Source: Owenia fusiformis (taxonomy: Eukaryota). From it: a DNA stretch of 64,000 nt. Where the stretch lies: contig CAIIXF020000001.1 in NCBI GenBank assembly GCA_903813345.2, forward strand, positions 37,262,001-37,326,000, given 5' to 3'. Within the stretch, counting starts at the first letter, position 1. Each line of letters starts with the position of its first letter. The translations under genes and the position numbers were made by a program. The notes under the pieces were generated by a model. It was given only the letters and a program-made list of their open reading frames with translations. It had not been told where the DNA came from and ran no database searches. Positions 36,310 to 50,957 of this stretch are shown here, in pieces.

Positions 36310-37085
36310 AGTGTCTGTTCGATGCTCATGGGGTCAAAATACAGTTTATACACGTTCTAAATGAAGTAAATACCACTAACATGTCAAACCAGGTACCGTT
36401 CTTGTAAATATTTTCATAAATGTGAAATTTGATGTTCAAAATCGGGAACACAATTTTAAATGTCAATCATGACATCACGAACAGAACGGGTTTTGAATAT
36501 GTTGTTGGAGTTCATAATCTCCGAACGTGCTTATAAAGTGTTAGTGTAATTGATTGCAACTGCATTCAATGAAGTGAGGAATTGATTCAGAGATGACTAC
36601 TTTGGAGCCACGTTTTTTCCTCCGATAAACAAAAAATAATACCTAAATTAGAGCCTCCGACCCAGCGGTACGTTTTCACATAGCTAGTCATGCAGGATTA
36701 CTTTCTGGCCAGTCAGAACACAATATAGAAAATAAACACGCTCAGTTGACAGTATTACATAACTCAAGGCGTCTAACATCTTGTAACCAAAAGGCATTGA
36801 ACCATGAGGTGATTTCCGGTAAGCGTTACTCCTTTCTGGCCAATCAGAACACAACTTATAACATGAACACTTTTGAATTTACATTCGAGTTACATAACGC
36901 ATTGCCGATTAAAATCCATAACCGGTTCTGTTGGTGACGTCATGTTTTTCCCGGGAAATCTTATTTTGCCACGAATGAACAAGCAGAATGAGTTGAGAGT
37001 TTGTTGGAATACTATTTTTACTTACCAATATCTGTTTAATATATTGCAGTGAGAAAAAATAAACAGAAATTACCGAATTAGCACT
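36310..37085. mobile_element. TTAA-flanked non-autonomous element (Kolobok-like)
   Basis: TTAA|AGTGTCTGTTCGAT ... ACCGAATTAGCACT|TTAA; short imperfect TIR only. Confidence 0.5.
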
Positions 37086-37736
37086 TTAAATACGACTCGT
37101 CAGTTGTATCCAGAATAGTAGAACGCCTATGGCGCTAGTGAATAACTAAGTCCCAGGTGAGTGGTTCGTATCCCTTCGTGATATACTATTTTTGTTTTAT
37201 TAAATACGACAGAAAGGAGCAAGGTGTAGGTTGAAAACAAGACGTTAGTTTGTTTCAAAACAGTTTGGAAACATTAATCTCTGATAATTTAAGTTTTTTT
37301 ACTCCTGAAGGGCCTCGAGATCTATGAAATTCATAAATCAAGACAGTGTAAATTTTTTAGATATATGTAATACGTTTTCATACTTTAGCCTGTGGAATCA
37401 ACTAAATATTACATTTTGGATTTCATTGATATCCTGTCATAATCCTAATTTTTTTTTCTGGAACATTATTTTTTCAACACTGATACAAACCCTGACATTT
37501 CCCTGACATATCTACCGTTTCAAAATTCCCGGTCATATTTGGCCCTTTTGACCATATTTTAAAATTACCTGACATTTCCAGCACTTGGAAAATTAAGTCA
37601 ATTTCCCTGACATTTGCAGGTGTGTACGAACCCTGAAAATATCCCAATGGCTCGCCCTATGAATCGCTAGCACAGATTGGATTGATTAGTGTTTCAAAAT
37701 GGTGGACGAATTGTTTGATTAGATAATTTACATATC

Positions 37737-38112
37737 AAAGAGAGAATCAGATATAGCGAGCAGGCTAAACAAAAAATTGTTTCAATTTTAGAATATTTTT
37801 GGCTTATGTCATTCCTTGTCATGTCTTTTTTCTAAAAATTACAAAAGTGCATACTTTATTCCAGGAAAACTAAAGATTTTTACAATAATGTATTATTTTT
37901 CTATAAGAATGGTTACCATTCTTATTATTTTGGAGAATTTAAACATATTTCACCCATTTTTGCACTTTGAATCATTAATAACTTCACCAATATACAACAT
38001 ATTGTGAATCTTTTGGGAGATATTCTATTTGATATTGTAACAAATAGATTGGTAGGTCAAGTATACACATTGCTTGTAATTTTGTCACCCCCTATAGATC
38101 AGATTCTGCCTT
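37737..38112. mobile_element. ~370-bp Kolobok-like MITE (copy 1 of 3)
   Basis: Ends AGAGAGAATCAGAT ... ATCAGATTCTGCCT|TTAA; reverse-complement homologue at ~40485-40837. Confidence 0.75.
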
Positions 38113-40484
38113 TAAGCTTCTTAAAGGGGCAACAAGGCCTGTACTTAGAAAATTCGATTTTTTACATCTTCTGAATTTTTAGGGCAACATTTGGCTTAAC
38201 ATCTTTTTTTATACATTTTTTCTTAAAATGTATGGATAAACAATAAAATTTCAGCATTAAGCAGTGCAAATTCAGTTCAAAGCTTCTATAAAGGGAGTCA
38301 AACTTATAGAATTTGAAGATCCGACTTGTTTATAGAAGAATATCAGCAGCTTAAAGCACGCCCGGTGATCATACAAAATGGATGGAGGGGGGGGGGGGGG
38401 TAGGCGATTTCTGCAAGAAAACTCAACAAATTTGGAAGATTTATTTTTTTCAAGATAAAATTTACAACTGAATTGCCAAATGAATAGGCGCAGTGCATGG
38501 CAAAATATGTAAGGTCTTCTAGTATTTTTTGAACTGATACGCTTCTAAGATATGAGATCTATTATAAAAGGCGCATCATCATCATCAACGTGCAAAAGTC
38601 AATGTTTTTGCTATAAATCAGGCAACAATGGTCTACACGACCTGTAATAAATAGGTATGAGGGGCGTTATTATCACAACACTGACATTGCTCACTTTTTA
38701 AAGTTGTTTCAATGCGTTATATGTAAATGGGCGTGTGGAAGGCCCGTGGGTGGCAATAAAATAACTCGAACTTCAAATTAAAATATATATAAAATAGTAT
38801 ATTTCAAACTTCAATGTTCAAAATACAATGCTCTGTAATGTACATGAACTCTTACAACAACTACTGACAAGCCAACACCCAAACGCTACATGTGAGTGAG
38901 AAAGACCATATAAGGGAACAATAGATATATAAAACTGACACAGTTTGCATAGTTGAATAACTGGTTTCAATAAAAGGTGAAAAGTGAACATGGTATTAAA
39001 AGAGTAAAACTGCAAACAACCTACTTAGGGACCTGTTATATTGAGATGAATAGGGATTGATTAATATGAACAGTAATAATATAAAATGTGAAAATGACCA
39101 TGTTACATATACAAAAAATAACCCCATTGTTACAAAATCACAAAAAGCGAAATATCTATTCTTGTATTGCATTTTCTTTCACTGGACATATTTTAATTTG
39201 CATTGCTATTAGATACATTTTAAGGGTGATATGAAAATTGAACCACGAAAACAGATGTACTTTAAGTTAAAGGGAACTTTCTACCATATCCGCCATGCTA
39301 TCTGACCCGAACGAGCCACCTTTTGGTGAGACTGGTAACTACCTGCTCGCATCTGCGTTATTACGCAGAGACATAAACGTATACACAAGGAAACGATAGG
39401 AGCTAACCTATTTTATCTATGTATACATTTTAACTTTTTTTAATACATCGTTACAAAAAAATACAAAATACATATTTATTTGAAAACAAATAAAATATTA
39501 CAAGTCAGAGTGTTGATCCTTATATTTTTATATTAGTCTCAGATTTCATTGAGATTGATGATGTGTCAGAAAGGAATATTGAGTTTATTGATTTACACCA
39601 GAGTGAGGAGGAACAAGGGGCAACATTGAAAAACAAAGTAATTAAGAAAAAATTCATTACAATCAATTATGCATTGATCTGCTTTATTGAGATCAATTGC
39701 TCATATACAGTTTGATATTAGTGACAGGAAAATACTGATTTTATCTTATGGTTAAATGTTTTCAAAAAACAGTTCAAAAATCTGCATAATTTATCTGATG
39801 CCCCCATACCCCCCTAGTTTGCGCCGCACTGCTATTTGGTCATAATCCATTGATTTGGTTTATGTTTCACCCAACCTTTTGGCCTAAGCTGATTTTCAGT
39901 CTCTAAGACATGAAGTCTCATTGCAGCACATTTATTTTTGTACTTTTTATCCGAAAATGACGCTCTATTATCATAATTCAATTTGACCCACATTTTCCAA
40001 GTTTGACCCACTTTTTTGATTGAACTGGGTCATGTGACCCACAAAATGTTGAGGCTACCGCCAGTACTGACCTGTATATTGATTTTTTGACCTTGACCGA
40101 TTCTTGAATTGAATCGAATTTGTCCAAAGGTCTTGAAACGTTAAATACCTAAATATTTATCTTTGACCTTGGGATGACCTTGTACAAGAAACATTAATGT
40201 TGACCTCGGTTCATCTAATCATAATTCGCCAAGGGCCATAGTATCATCAAACGCCAAATACCTAGACATTGATCGTTTACCTTTGAATGAACTTAACTCT
40301 GACCTTCGGAGACCAACTTACTATGGTTGAATGGTGTAGAAGGAGATATCCCGACAGACAGACAAAATGACAGACAGACCAAACATGCTTTTATAGTAGG
40401 TCTCGACATCTCCTTTTGCCCTCATACTTGATGGGCCAGTGAGCGTTCTACTAAGGTCAGAGGTCAAAGTCATTCTAGGTTAAA

Positions 40485-40837
40485 GGCAGAATCAGATATA
40501 TGGAGGTGACAAAATTACAAGCAACATGTGCAATTGACGTACTTATCTATTCCTTACAATCTCAAATACAATATCTCACAAAATATTTACGATATGTTAG
40601 AAATTGATGAAGTTATAATAGATTAAAAGTGCAAAATTGTAAATAATAAGTAACCATTCTTATAGAAGAAATATACAAAAGTCATTGTTGTAAACTCTTT
40701 AAGTTTTCCTGAAATAAAGTGTGCACTTTTGGGATTTTTAGATAATAGACATGAAAAGGAATCATGACATAAGCCAGAAATATTCTAAAATTGAAACAAT
40801 TTTTTTGTTAGACTGCTTGCTAGATCCGATTCTCTCT
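40485..40837. mobile_element. ~370-bp Kolobok-like MITE (copy 2, inverted relative to copy 1)
   Basis: TTAA|AGGCAGAATCAGAT ... ATCCGATTCTCTCT|TTAA. Confidence 0.78.
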
Positions 40838-41249
40838 TTAAAATGTCAATATCTAGGTTTACGCGTTTTTTACCCTTGGTCTGAGATTCGACCCTTGATG
40901 AGGCATGATTAGGTGACCTGAAGTCAAGGTCATTCCTATGTAAAATATCAATATCTAGGTATTTGGTGATTTAAAGTCCTTTGGGCTGCTGTGACCCTTG
41001 GCAACCAACGATTAGGTGAACTGAGTTCAAGGCCAATGTTACTGGGTCAAGTTTGTTTCAAGATCAAAAATTAATATCTAAGTATTTGGCGTTGAAAGGA
41101 CCTTGAGGGCTACAATGACCCTTGACGACACATGATTAGGTGACCTAAGGTCAAAGTCAATGTGTATTGGCCAACGTTATTTCAAGGTCACATCTAGGTA
41201 CTAGTATCTGGCGTTTCACGAGGTTTCAACAAGTTCATCTCAATTCAAA

Positions 41250-41436
41250 AATCAGTCAAAGTCAATTTAGCTATGTGGAATTTTGTCTTATCTGTCATCA
41301 TCTTTTGCAAAAACTTATATTCATACGAGAATAGAAAAAGGTCTGCCAAAAGAGGAGCACAATTTGTCCCCATTGGTATTCCTATATTTTGACGTAAAAC
41401 AGTATTTCCAAACGTAACATAAATGTTATCAATCAC
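41250..41436 (-). pseudogene. Penelope-like retroelement reverse transcriptase fragment
   Basis: Translation IDNIYVTFGNTVLRQNIGIPMGTNCAPLLADLFLFSYE matches the Q-x2-G-x-P-M-G RT motif context of Penelope-like elements; only about 60 codons survive. Confidence 0.8.
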
Positions 41437-41439
41437 TTA

Positions 41440-42012
41440 ACCACTTAATAAACCACTTAACAGATTTACTTCAAATTTTCACAAATATTACATCGTATGA
41501 AGTTCTAAAGCTGATTAACTTTTCGGTGGCCATCTCGCATTCTGTCGGCCATCTTGGTAGTTTTTAGATAAATCTTGTCATCGGGATTCCAGGAAAACCA
41601 CTCAACAGTTTTAATTCAAATTTTCACACATGTTACATGGTATAAAGTTCTAGAGCTGATTAACGTTTTGGTGGCCATCTTGCATTCTGTCGGCCATCTT
41701 GGAAGTTTTATTAGATAAAACTTGTCATCACGATTCCAGGAAAACCACTTAACAGTTTTACTTTAAATTTTCACACATGTTACCTGGTAAGATTGACTTT
41801 CCGGTAGCCATCTTGCATTCTGGCAGCCATCTTGGAAGTTTCTAGATAAATCTTGTCATCGCGATTCCAGAAAAACCACTTAACAGATTTGCTTCAAATT
41901 TTCACACATGTTACATGGTAAGAGGTTCTACAGCTTATTAATTTTTCGGTGGCCATTTTGCATTCTAGCAGCCATCTTGAACCTTTTTAGATAAATCTTG
42001 TCATCGCGATCA
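41440..42012. repeat. ~119-bp tandem repeat (about 5 units); inverted copy at ~45950-46470, related pieces at 27590-28110
   Basis: Unit GGAAAACCACTTAACAGATTTACTTCAAATTTTCACACATGTTACATGGT...GGCCATCTTGCATTCTG..GGCCATCTTGG; HINE-type core. Confidence 0.85.
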
Positions 42013-43191
42013 CAGGGGATTGCATGGAGGGTAGGGCAGAGGCTAGAAACTCTTCTCCTTATAAAAGGGAATTCGAAGACTGCGGAAACTGATCTGTGTA
42101 AAAAAAAGTAAAAAAAATATTTTATACTAAAAATAAGTAATCATTCCTACAAGCTAGATACAAATTCAAAAAATATACAAGTGGCGAGGAAAAAAATAAT
42201 GGAAGCAATCCGTTGACTAATTGCTCAGAAATGTCGACAAATTCTTCGAAATTATGGAACCTGACGTTTCTGTGGTATTTATTATGATTCAATCAAGTAC
42301 ATTTCAGTCTATTGCTTTCTTAATATACACTCACCTTTAAAATATGTTAGTTCATGTGGTATTTCTTCAATGACGCTTCCCTATGGTTACACGTTTATCA
42401 CTAATAACATCTCAGAACGACTGACACTCGTGGATATGTGTCGAAACGAAACTTTTCTCAAATATTTTAAATAAAGCTTCAATTTCGTAATATACTCAGA
42501 TCAATGCCAATAAAGCATACATTTTTCACTCTAAAAAATCACTTTGCATTGTTGGATTTCAAAGAAATGTTTGACGTTTTCAATAATCTTTTTTATTATT
42601 GATGAAGTATTAATGAATTATTAATGATTTATTCTAAAAATCCATTTATGTCAAACACAAACTGCATTTGTGTGGTATAAAGTACAGAAACAGAGTAAAA
42701 AGTTATATTTTAGAATATCACCTTGTGTTACCCCATTGAAGCGGCAGTTGCCCATGTTTCTATTAAAATAGAAGATTATATCATACACGATATGAATTTA
42801 TATTACAGAAGCATAGTAAACGTTGTCTTTAGAATACCACCTTGTGTAACCTCATTTTACGTAGTGCCTTTCGCCCCCGTTTCTATCAATATATCGAGGT
42901 TTTAAAAACCATTTGATATCATACACAAAATATGCACTTATGTGGTATAAAATAAAGAAAAAGTGAAAAATTGTCTTTAGAATGCAACCTTGCGCATGCG
43001 TAACCCCATTTTAGTTTTTTGCCCCTGTTTATATCAATATAAAAGCTGTTTTCTTCATGAGGGAAGTCTGTTCTATCAAACAGTACAATCATTTTTAAGG
43101 GAAAGTATAAACACAAAATCATTTATGTTGTATAAAGTACAAAAAAGAGTAAACAAAGCATGTGGCGAACAAGATCGCACCTAAAACATAG

Positions 43192-45916
43192 TAGTGTGTG
43201 CCAAAACTCCAGAAAATCACAAAAATGTTGTGGTAGCTTACTATGAAGTGACCCATCATCATTATAGATTAGTCCATCTACTATTCATTTTTACTTGTCT
43301 GCACTCAAAAAGGTGACACGAATGGGCTAAACGGCTTGCCACAAGGTGCAACCATCAAAAAGGTGAGTTTGATAAATAATAGCAATGGGTATACAATATA
43401 GGAGGCAAATTTTATATTGATAAGTATGATAGTCCATTTGCGTGTGGCCATTTTTATAAAAAACAATAATTCTGAAGAATTATATATTTATGACCTGAAA
43501 ATGCCATCTTAATTCAAAAGTCATTGTTGTTAATGATAATATTCCTATTTCACCTATTCAATGTTCTCAAAATATTTCAATTACCATTATATTCATTTTT
43601 GGCAAAGTAAATAAATATAGGGCTCACACAAGGATCAACTTTATTTTCAATCTTTTCATATTTAGTGATGTTTTGAAGAAATATAATGTTAAACACAATT
43701 TTATTTGTTAAATGTTTAACAAAATAAACATAGTGTGTTTATTTCATTGTTTCGACTGAAATATCGCAATTGATTGCTCTTCCTTTTAGAACGGCGGGGG
43801 ATATACATGTACATAAACAGTCTTAAAAAACGTTGATCCTTGTGTAATCCCTACACTTCTTTACTTTGCCAGAAAGTGATATAATGGTTATTCGGTGGTA
43901 TGAAAATCATTTCAAAGGTAAAATAGGAAGAATGTCATTGAACTTGGAATAAAAAGCATTATACAGTATGGTTAGAAATACCCAATTTTTACCATAATTG
44001 TTTTTTATAATATAACCATACCTTAATGGATTATCTTTACATTTCAATAACCAATGTGCATTCTATTTTGCATGTTTTACTGCAATTATTTGTAAAAATA
44101 GTTTTAAATCTTACTTTTTTGACTGGAAAGTGAAGAGACAATGATCAAATAAACTCATATTATTGGTCACATTTGGTTATTATAACAGATTCGGGATTTT
44201 TTTTAGTCCAGGCATATGAAGAAACTAGTGTGAATTGAATGGTCATATTATTTATTGTTTGATTTAATTAATATGTTGAACCTGCTTTGGCCATTAAACT
44301 TTAAATTTGCTTTAAATTTAGATTTTGGGAAACACATCTGCTTACTGATCCAATTCAGAACTACTAGAGAAAGTAACTCTCGTGAAAAACGTTCGTCAAC
44401 GTGACTGTTATTTACTGATTGCAGTCATTAAACTAATGACCTCATATTTGGATATCCTCTCTTCTGATATGATTTTACAATTTACTTCAAATTGGCAAAG
44501 GGCCAGGTACAGTATGGCAAGTGATATCTGACATATATTTTACCATGACTTGAAAAATAAAGGTTGAGGGGGATTCATGATGTTTTTTTCTTTTCAAGTG
44601 AAGAAGTTGGATGATATCATTTTTATCACGGGGACTTTACATAAGAAAAATCATATTGTTTTCACAAAAACACTTTCAGCCCCAAAACGCCAAATACTAA
44701 TTAGATATTGAGCTATGACCTTGAAATGATCTTGATCCATAAACACTGACATGGACCTCTGGTCACTTGACCATTGGTCATTAAATAGGACTGTAGCCCC
44801 ACAATAGCCAACTACCTAGATATTGACCATTCACCTTGGGGGTCATAGCCACTAAAACCTGTAAATATGTTACATTGATTTTGATAATAAAAAAAAAAAA
44901 AAAATGACCTTGGCATCAGGTCACCTAATCATTGGTCGCCAAAGGCACAATTGTTCTCAATTGCCTTTAAACTCCAAATTGCTAGATATTGACCTTGGAA
45001 GTCACCCTATCATGAGTCGCTAGGTGTCATAGCAGATCCCAGGGCCTTAATACACCAAATACTTAGATACTGATATTTGACCTTGGAATAACCTTGACCT
45101 CAGGTCACACATTCATGATTCACAAAGGGTAACCTCAAAAGTCAATGATACCATTCCTATTTTACCTATTAAATGATTTTTATATATCCGAATAACCGTT
45201 ATATAAGTTTTTGGCAAAGTAAATAATTGTAGGGCTCACACAAGGATCAACTTTTGAAGACTTTTTCGTACTGGTGAAGACTCTCCAGCTTGCAAAGCAG
45301 GGGCACTGAATTGAGATTTTTCAGTCGAAACAAGAAAACAAACATATAATTATTTTTTCTTCAACAAATAAAAAATAAAATTGATTTTACCTTCGTATTT
45401 TTTCAAAACATCACTTAATATAACAATGCTGTGAACAAAGTTGATCCTTGTGTCAGCCCTATAATTATTTCCTTTGTCAAAAACTAATGAAATGGTTATT
45501 GGTATATTTAAAAAACATTGACTATATAAAATACGAATAATATCATTGACAACAGTAACTTTTTAATTGAAAATGCATTTTAAGGTCATAAATATCCAAT
45601 TTTTACCATAATTGTTTTCCATAAAATTAACACACCCGAATGGACTATCATTACACATCAATATCAAATTTGCATCCTATTTTGTATACTTACTAGTATC
45701 ATTTTAAAAAATGTATATTTTTCAAACTCATATTTTTGACGGTCGCACCTTGGTGCAAGCCGTTTAGCCCTTTCGTGTCACTATTTTGAATGCAGACAAG
45801 TAAAAATGAATAGATAATAGATCAATCTAAAATGACTATGGGTCAATTCATAGTAAGCTACCACAACATAGGTTTAGCCTAACTAAGCCACTTAGAAAGC
45901 AATTTGGCACACACTA
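43192..45916. mobile_element. Long-TIR non-autonomous element, Academ-like
   Basis: TAGTGTGTGCCAAA ... TTTGGCACACACTA with 3-bp duplication TAG (43189-43191, 45917-45919); imperfect inverted arms of several hundred bp. Confidence 0.72.
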
Positions 45917-46619
45917 TAGCAGTGTGGACTTGATGGCCCAGAAAGCAAGATGAGTGCCGAAAAGTTTAATCAGTTGAAGAATATCTTACCATGTTACAAT
46001 TTGAAGACAATCCGTTTAGTGGTTTTCCTGGAATCGCAATGACAAAATTTATGTAAAACTTCCAGGATGGCCTCCAGAATGCAAGATGGCTGCCGAAAAG
46101 TTAATCAGCTCTAGAACTTCTTACTTTTAACATGTGTTAAAATTTGAAATAAATCTGTTAAGTTGTTTTCCTGGAATCGCGATGACAAGATTTATCTTGA
46201 AACGTCCTAGATGGCCACTAGAATTCAAGATGGCTGCCGGAAAGTTAATCAGCTCTAGAACGTCTTACCATGTAACATGTGTGAAAATTTGAAGTAAATC
46301 CGTTTGGTTTTCCTGAAATCGCGATGACAAGATTTATTACAAAACTTTCAAGATGGCCGCCAAAATGCAAGATGGCTGCTGAAAAGTCATCAGCTTTAGA
46401 ACTTCATACCATGTAACATGTGTGAAAATTTGAAGTAAATCCATCAGGTGGTTTTCCTGGAATCGTGATGACTATAAAGTGAGACTTCAGAATGCCACCT
46501 TGTCTAACCCCATTTTGGTGCCTTTTGCCCCTGTTTCTATCAATATAAGAGGTATTTTCTTTATGAGGGAAGTCTGTTCTGTCAAACGGTACAATAATTT
46601 TATGTGGGAAAGTACCGGA

Positions 46620-47200
46620 CAACAAAACTTGTTTTCACAGGGACCAGATCCGGGACTATACCTCAGGTTTGCTAACACCCACGTAGACCATGAGCCAATT
46701 ATTCATTGGAAACTTGGGATAATGGATCCCTCCAGATTATGGGAATATGCCCAATTATTATATCTCATTGTACTCTCTACTGAACAGTATTGCCTAGCCC
46801 GTGCCAAAACAACAAACGACATTGTCAAACACTTCATTTTAGAATCATAAGTGCAACAAGAGATACATTTTTTGAAAATATTGTTAATCTATTACCTGTT
46901 GAAGACTCAATTAACATGTTAAACTCTGATGACGATGATGTCTTAGTAGAATGTTCATTGGGTAGTCGCACAGATGTATTACAGAATTACGATTTTGCGA
47001 AATGGCAAAAATTTATTAACCTTTGTTCCAATATAATCAGCGTTATGCTTAAAGAATTCACGTCGTAAGCAAATATCACCTTATATTACTCATCTCGCCA
47101 CATATTGTATCTTATGTATATACTGTTATCTAATATTTTGTTTTTGTATTAATTTACTCTCCAAATTGGAGGAAATAAAGAATCATATCATATCATATTC
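46620..47200 (+). mobile_element. 3' fragment of a non-LTR retrotransposon
   Basis: Decayed coding-like sequence (…DIVKHFILES…), then AATAAA at ~47174 followed by an (ATCAT)3 tail. Confidence 0.5.
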
Positions 47201-48153
47201 TAAGCATACGAACAAAAAAGATATTATCATAATGTAAAAATATACTATAATTTTACTGTATATGTCGGTGTTTAATTAGTGTAATTACGCAAGTGTGTTT
47301 TTCAGATTTTGTTTGATTTTTCAAATATGAGCCAAGCAGATTCAACAAAATTGTGTGGAATATTTAGGTAATTTATGATTGCGAACATATTAGTTTTCTT
47401 ACCATTTAAAACATTTAATTATCAGAATTTTCCGTATAATCGCAAGGGGTCAAACAACAAATTATTGTTCATGTCTTATAAAACACAATAAAATAACAAA
47501 TAGGTAATATAATCGCAAGGGGTCAAGATGGCTACCAGAATTTAATCTAATTAAATGGTACAGAGGTATTCTTACTCGACGTTACTGCTGGTTATCATCA
47601 AGTTTTCTGATGGTTGTTTCTTCTTTGACTTTACCGCTGGATATAATCAAATTTCAGGAAGATAGTGATGACGATTTTTCTCAATTATTCATGAATTCGA
47701 CCAAGTCTTGATGGTTGTTTCATAAGCAACTGAGCTACAGTATATCTTACTACGAAAAATAGAATTTTAGCTGCAGTCCCAGTTAGTCAAGGAAGAGCAA
47801 TAGCCCCTCCCTCATTGATAATGTTCACCGCTGAATAAAAGTCCATAGCTCAAAACGTATTGAGACCCATTTTGTGAAAAACTAGCATAATTTAAGCATT
47901 TGTCATTCTAATTTAAAAGTGATTCATTTGTAGCTTTTATCTTACTAATACCAGAGAAACAATACAAAACGTCGATACACTGATTACATAATTGTTTGGT
48001 ATTGATAAGAAAAATAACCTAAAACGTATAGCTAAGAAACCTAAATCATATATTTAAAATAATTTTGTATTATTTTCTGTTACATTGTGTACTCCAAATT
48101 GTGAAAAATTGATTGGGATTTTATTTTTTGGCAATTTTTTTTACCTCTGTTAA

Positions 48154-50957
48154 AGATATTCTAATGAGACTTCTCCGTGGCATTTTTTCTTTATTCCTTT
48201 TTGTTTTGAATTTTTTACACCATAACATTAACTAACTACTCAATATGCAACTTTTCACCACGTAGAATTTTAAAATATTAAGTTTGAAAATTCCATTTTT
48301 ATAATGGAGCTCAATGGGAAAACGACATAATTTGAATTATTTTGAAATGTAGCGGTGCGATTTTCTTGAAATTGACAGATATAATCAATATTGGTAAGAC
48401 GAAATGTTTGAAGAAAAATGAAGAAAATTAACCGTCCTGGTTACGCAAAATATAGAAAAATATGAAATAATCATAAAAACCTGTAAAAATAGATTGAAGG
48501 GGGTGATAATCATTTTTAATGTGACTTTCACTACTACAGGGTAACCATAGTTTTGGTAATGGTTTACCAATTTTAAAAGCATATCTTCCAGCATATGTAT
48601 CAAGCACAAGTAATACAATAAGTGAGTTATCATTAATTGGAATGGTATTATTGTATTCCTTAGCAATGATGACAAAAAGGTAAAATCGATCATATCACAT
48701 ATCATCAAATCGATCTATTATAATGCATATTAAACAAAATAGCACTAGATCTTCAAATTCGAGAATTCAGCTAAATGATAAGATGTCAAAAAGAGTAGTT
48801 TATTTATTGTAAAACATCAAAAATAAAACAAGGTTTGGTCAGGAAGGGAACAGGTGAAATCCTTGGGATATATGAATTAATTAATTATAAGAAACATATT
48901 CATGTTTCTACAATTTAGGGTAACCCTGTGTATTATTCTACTGCCCATGGTTATACCAGTGCAAAATATTACAAAAATATTATTTACTTATTATCATAAT
49001 TCAATGTGACAATATCAGTCTTATCTTCAAATTTGTCTATAATAGTTTGCCTGTAAGGTTGAGCAAGCAGTCTATTGCATTGATAGTATAAGATGTTGAT
49101 TTTGCAAAGCTTTTATGGGCTAATTCTACAATATGTACAGTAACATATGTAAGGGTGCCAGTTTGTAGTCCAGTATATAGTAAACAAAGGAGTATTTTGG
49201 TCAACTCAATACATCTGATACACACTACATGAAGTGTTTTCTATGCAATGATTATATACAGGCACTTATTCATTGTTACTGCGATTGGTCAGAATGTACT
49301 AAAACCTGCTTGAAACTGAAAAACATTGCATGCTCTATTCCACACAATTTGGAGGCTTTTGAAATTCGCAGTAACAATGAATAAGTGCCTGTATCATTAT
49401 AATCATTGCATAGAAAACACTTCATGTAGTGTGTATCAGATGTATTGAGTTGACCAAAATACTCCTTTGTTTACTATATACTGGACTACATACTGGCACC
49501 CTTACATATATGTTACTGTACATATTGTAGAATTAGCCCATAAAAGCTTTGCAAAATCAACATCTTATACTATCAATGCAACAGACTGCTTGCTCAACCT
49601 TACAGGCAAACTATTATAGACAAATTTGAAGATAAGACTGATATTGTCACATTGAATTATGATAATAAGTAAATAATATTTTTGTAATAATTTGCACTGG
49701 TATAACCATGTGCAGTAGAATAATACACAGGGTTACCATAAATTGTAGAAACATGAATATGTTTCTTATAATTAATTAATTCATATATCCCAAGGATTTC
49801 ACCTGTTCCCTTCCTGACCAAACCTTGTTTTATTTTTGATGTTTTACAATAAATAAACTACTCTTTTTGACATCTCATCATTTTTATGTCCAAATGTTAT
49901 TGAAGTGAGAACTCAAATGATCAATGGGAAAACAATGCTAAACTTGAACACTGAAATAGGTATTCCAGCAGGCCTAGGAAAATATGGCTAGAAAAAGATG
50001 CTACAAGGGCTACAGGTGGACAAACTTTCCCCCCTGAAAAGCATTTTAGGGGTCAGATCACTAAATTCATGATTGCATTGAAAAGATTTGAATGCTAATT
50101 TTCAAGAATGGATGTATTACCAAAGAAGAAAATATGAAAAATTCATATCGTTTATTTTGAGTGATTATTTAGTGTCAAGTTTTGTCTCTAGTGAAAGCAT
50201 GTTACTTATTATCTCATCAAGTGACCTAAACTACAGCAGCTAAAATAAGCATACCGAAATATCATAATTCAGTATGATTCGGAGAAGGGGGTTTTACAGT
50301 TATAAGGGATTAGCAATTCATTTATTATCTTACAATTTAGCTGAATTCTCGAATTTGAAGATCTAGTGCTATATTGTTTAATATGCATTATAATAGATCG
50401 ACTTGAGGGTATGTGATACGATCGATTTTACCTTTTTGTCATCATTGCTAAGAAATGCAATAATACCATTCCAATTAATGATAACTCACTTATTGTATTA
50501 CTTGTGCTTGATACATATGCTGGAAGATATGCTTTTAAAATTGATAAACCATTACCAAAACTATGGTTACCCTGTAGTAGTGAAAGTCACATTAAAAATG
50601 ATTATCACCCCCTTCAATCTATTTTTACATGTTTTTATGATTATTTAATATTTTTGCATATTTTGCGTAACCAGGATGGTGAATTTTCTTCATTTTTCTT
50701 CAAACATTTCGTCTTACCAATATTTATTATATCTGTCAATTTCAAGAAAATCGCGCCGCTACATTTCAAAATAATTCAAATTATGTCGTTTTTCCCATTG
50801 AGCTCCATTATAAAAATGGAATTTTCAAACTTAATATTTTAAAATTCTACGTGGTGAAAAGTTGCATTTTGAGTAGTTAGTTAATGTTATGGTGTAACAA
50901 ATTCAAAACAAAAAGGAATAAAGAAAAATGCCACGGAGAAGTCTCATTAGAATATCT
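48154..50957. mobile_element. TTAA-targeting foldback element with ~1.13-kb near-identical arms (Kolobok-like ends)
   Basis: Left arm 48154-49284, about 80-bp spacer, right arm 49366-50957 (with 451 extra bp at 49884-50334). Left flank TTAA (48150-48153); right TTAA is displaced to 54880-54883 by the LINE. Confidence 0.88.

Noticed and set aside
48385..50842. Paired ORFs 48385..48708, 50403..50648 and 50504..50842
   Set aside because: Mirror translations of foldback arms with no protein features.
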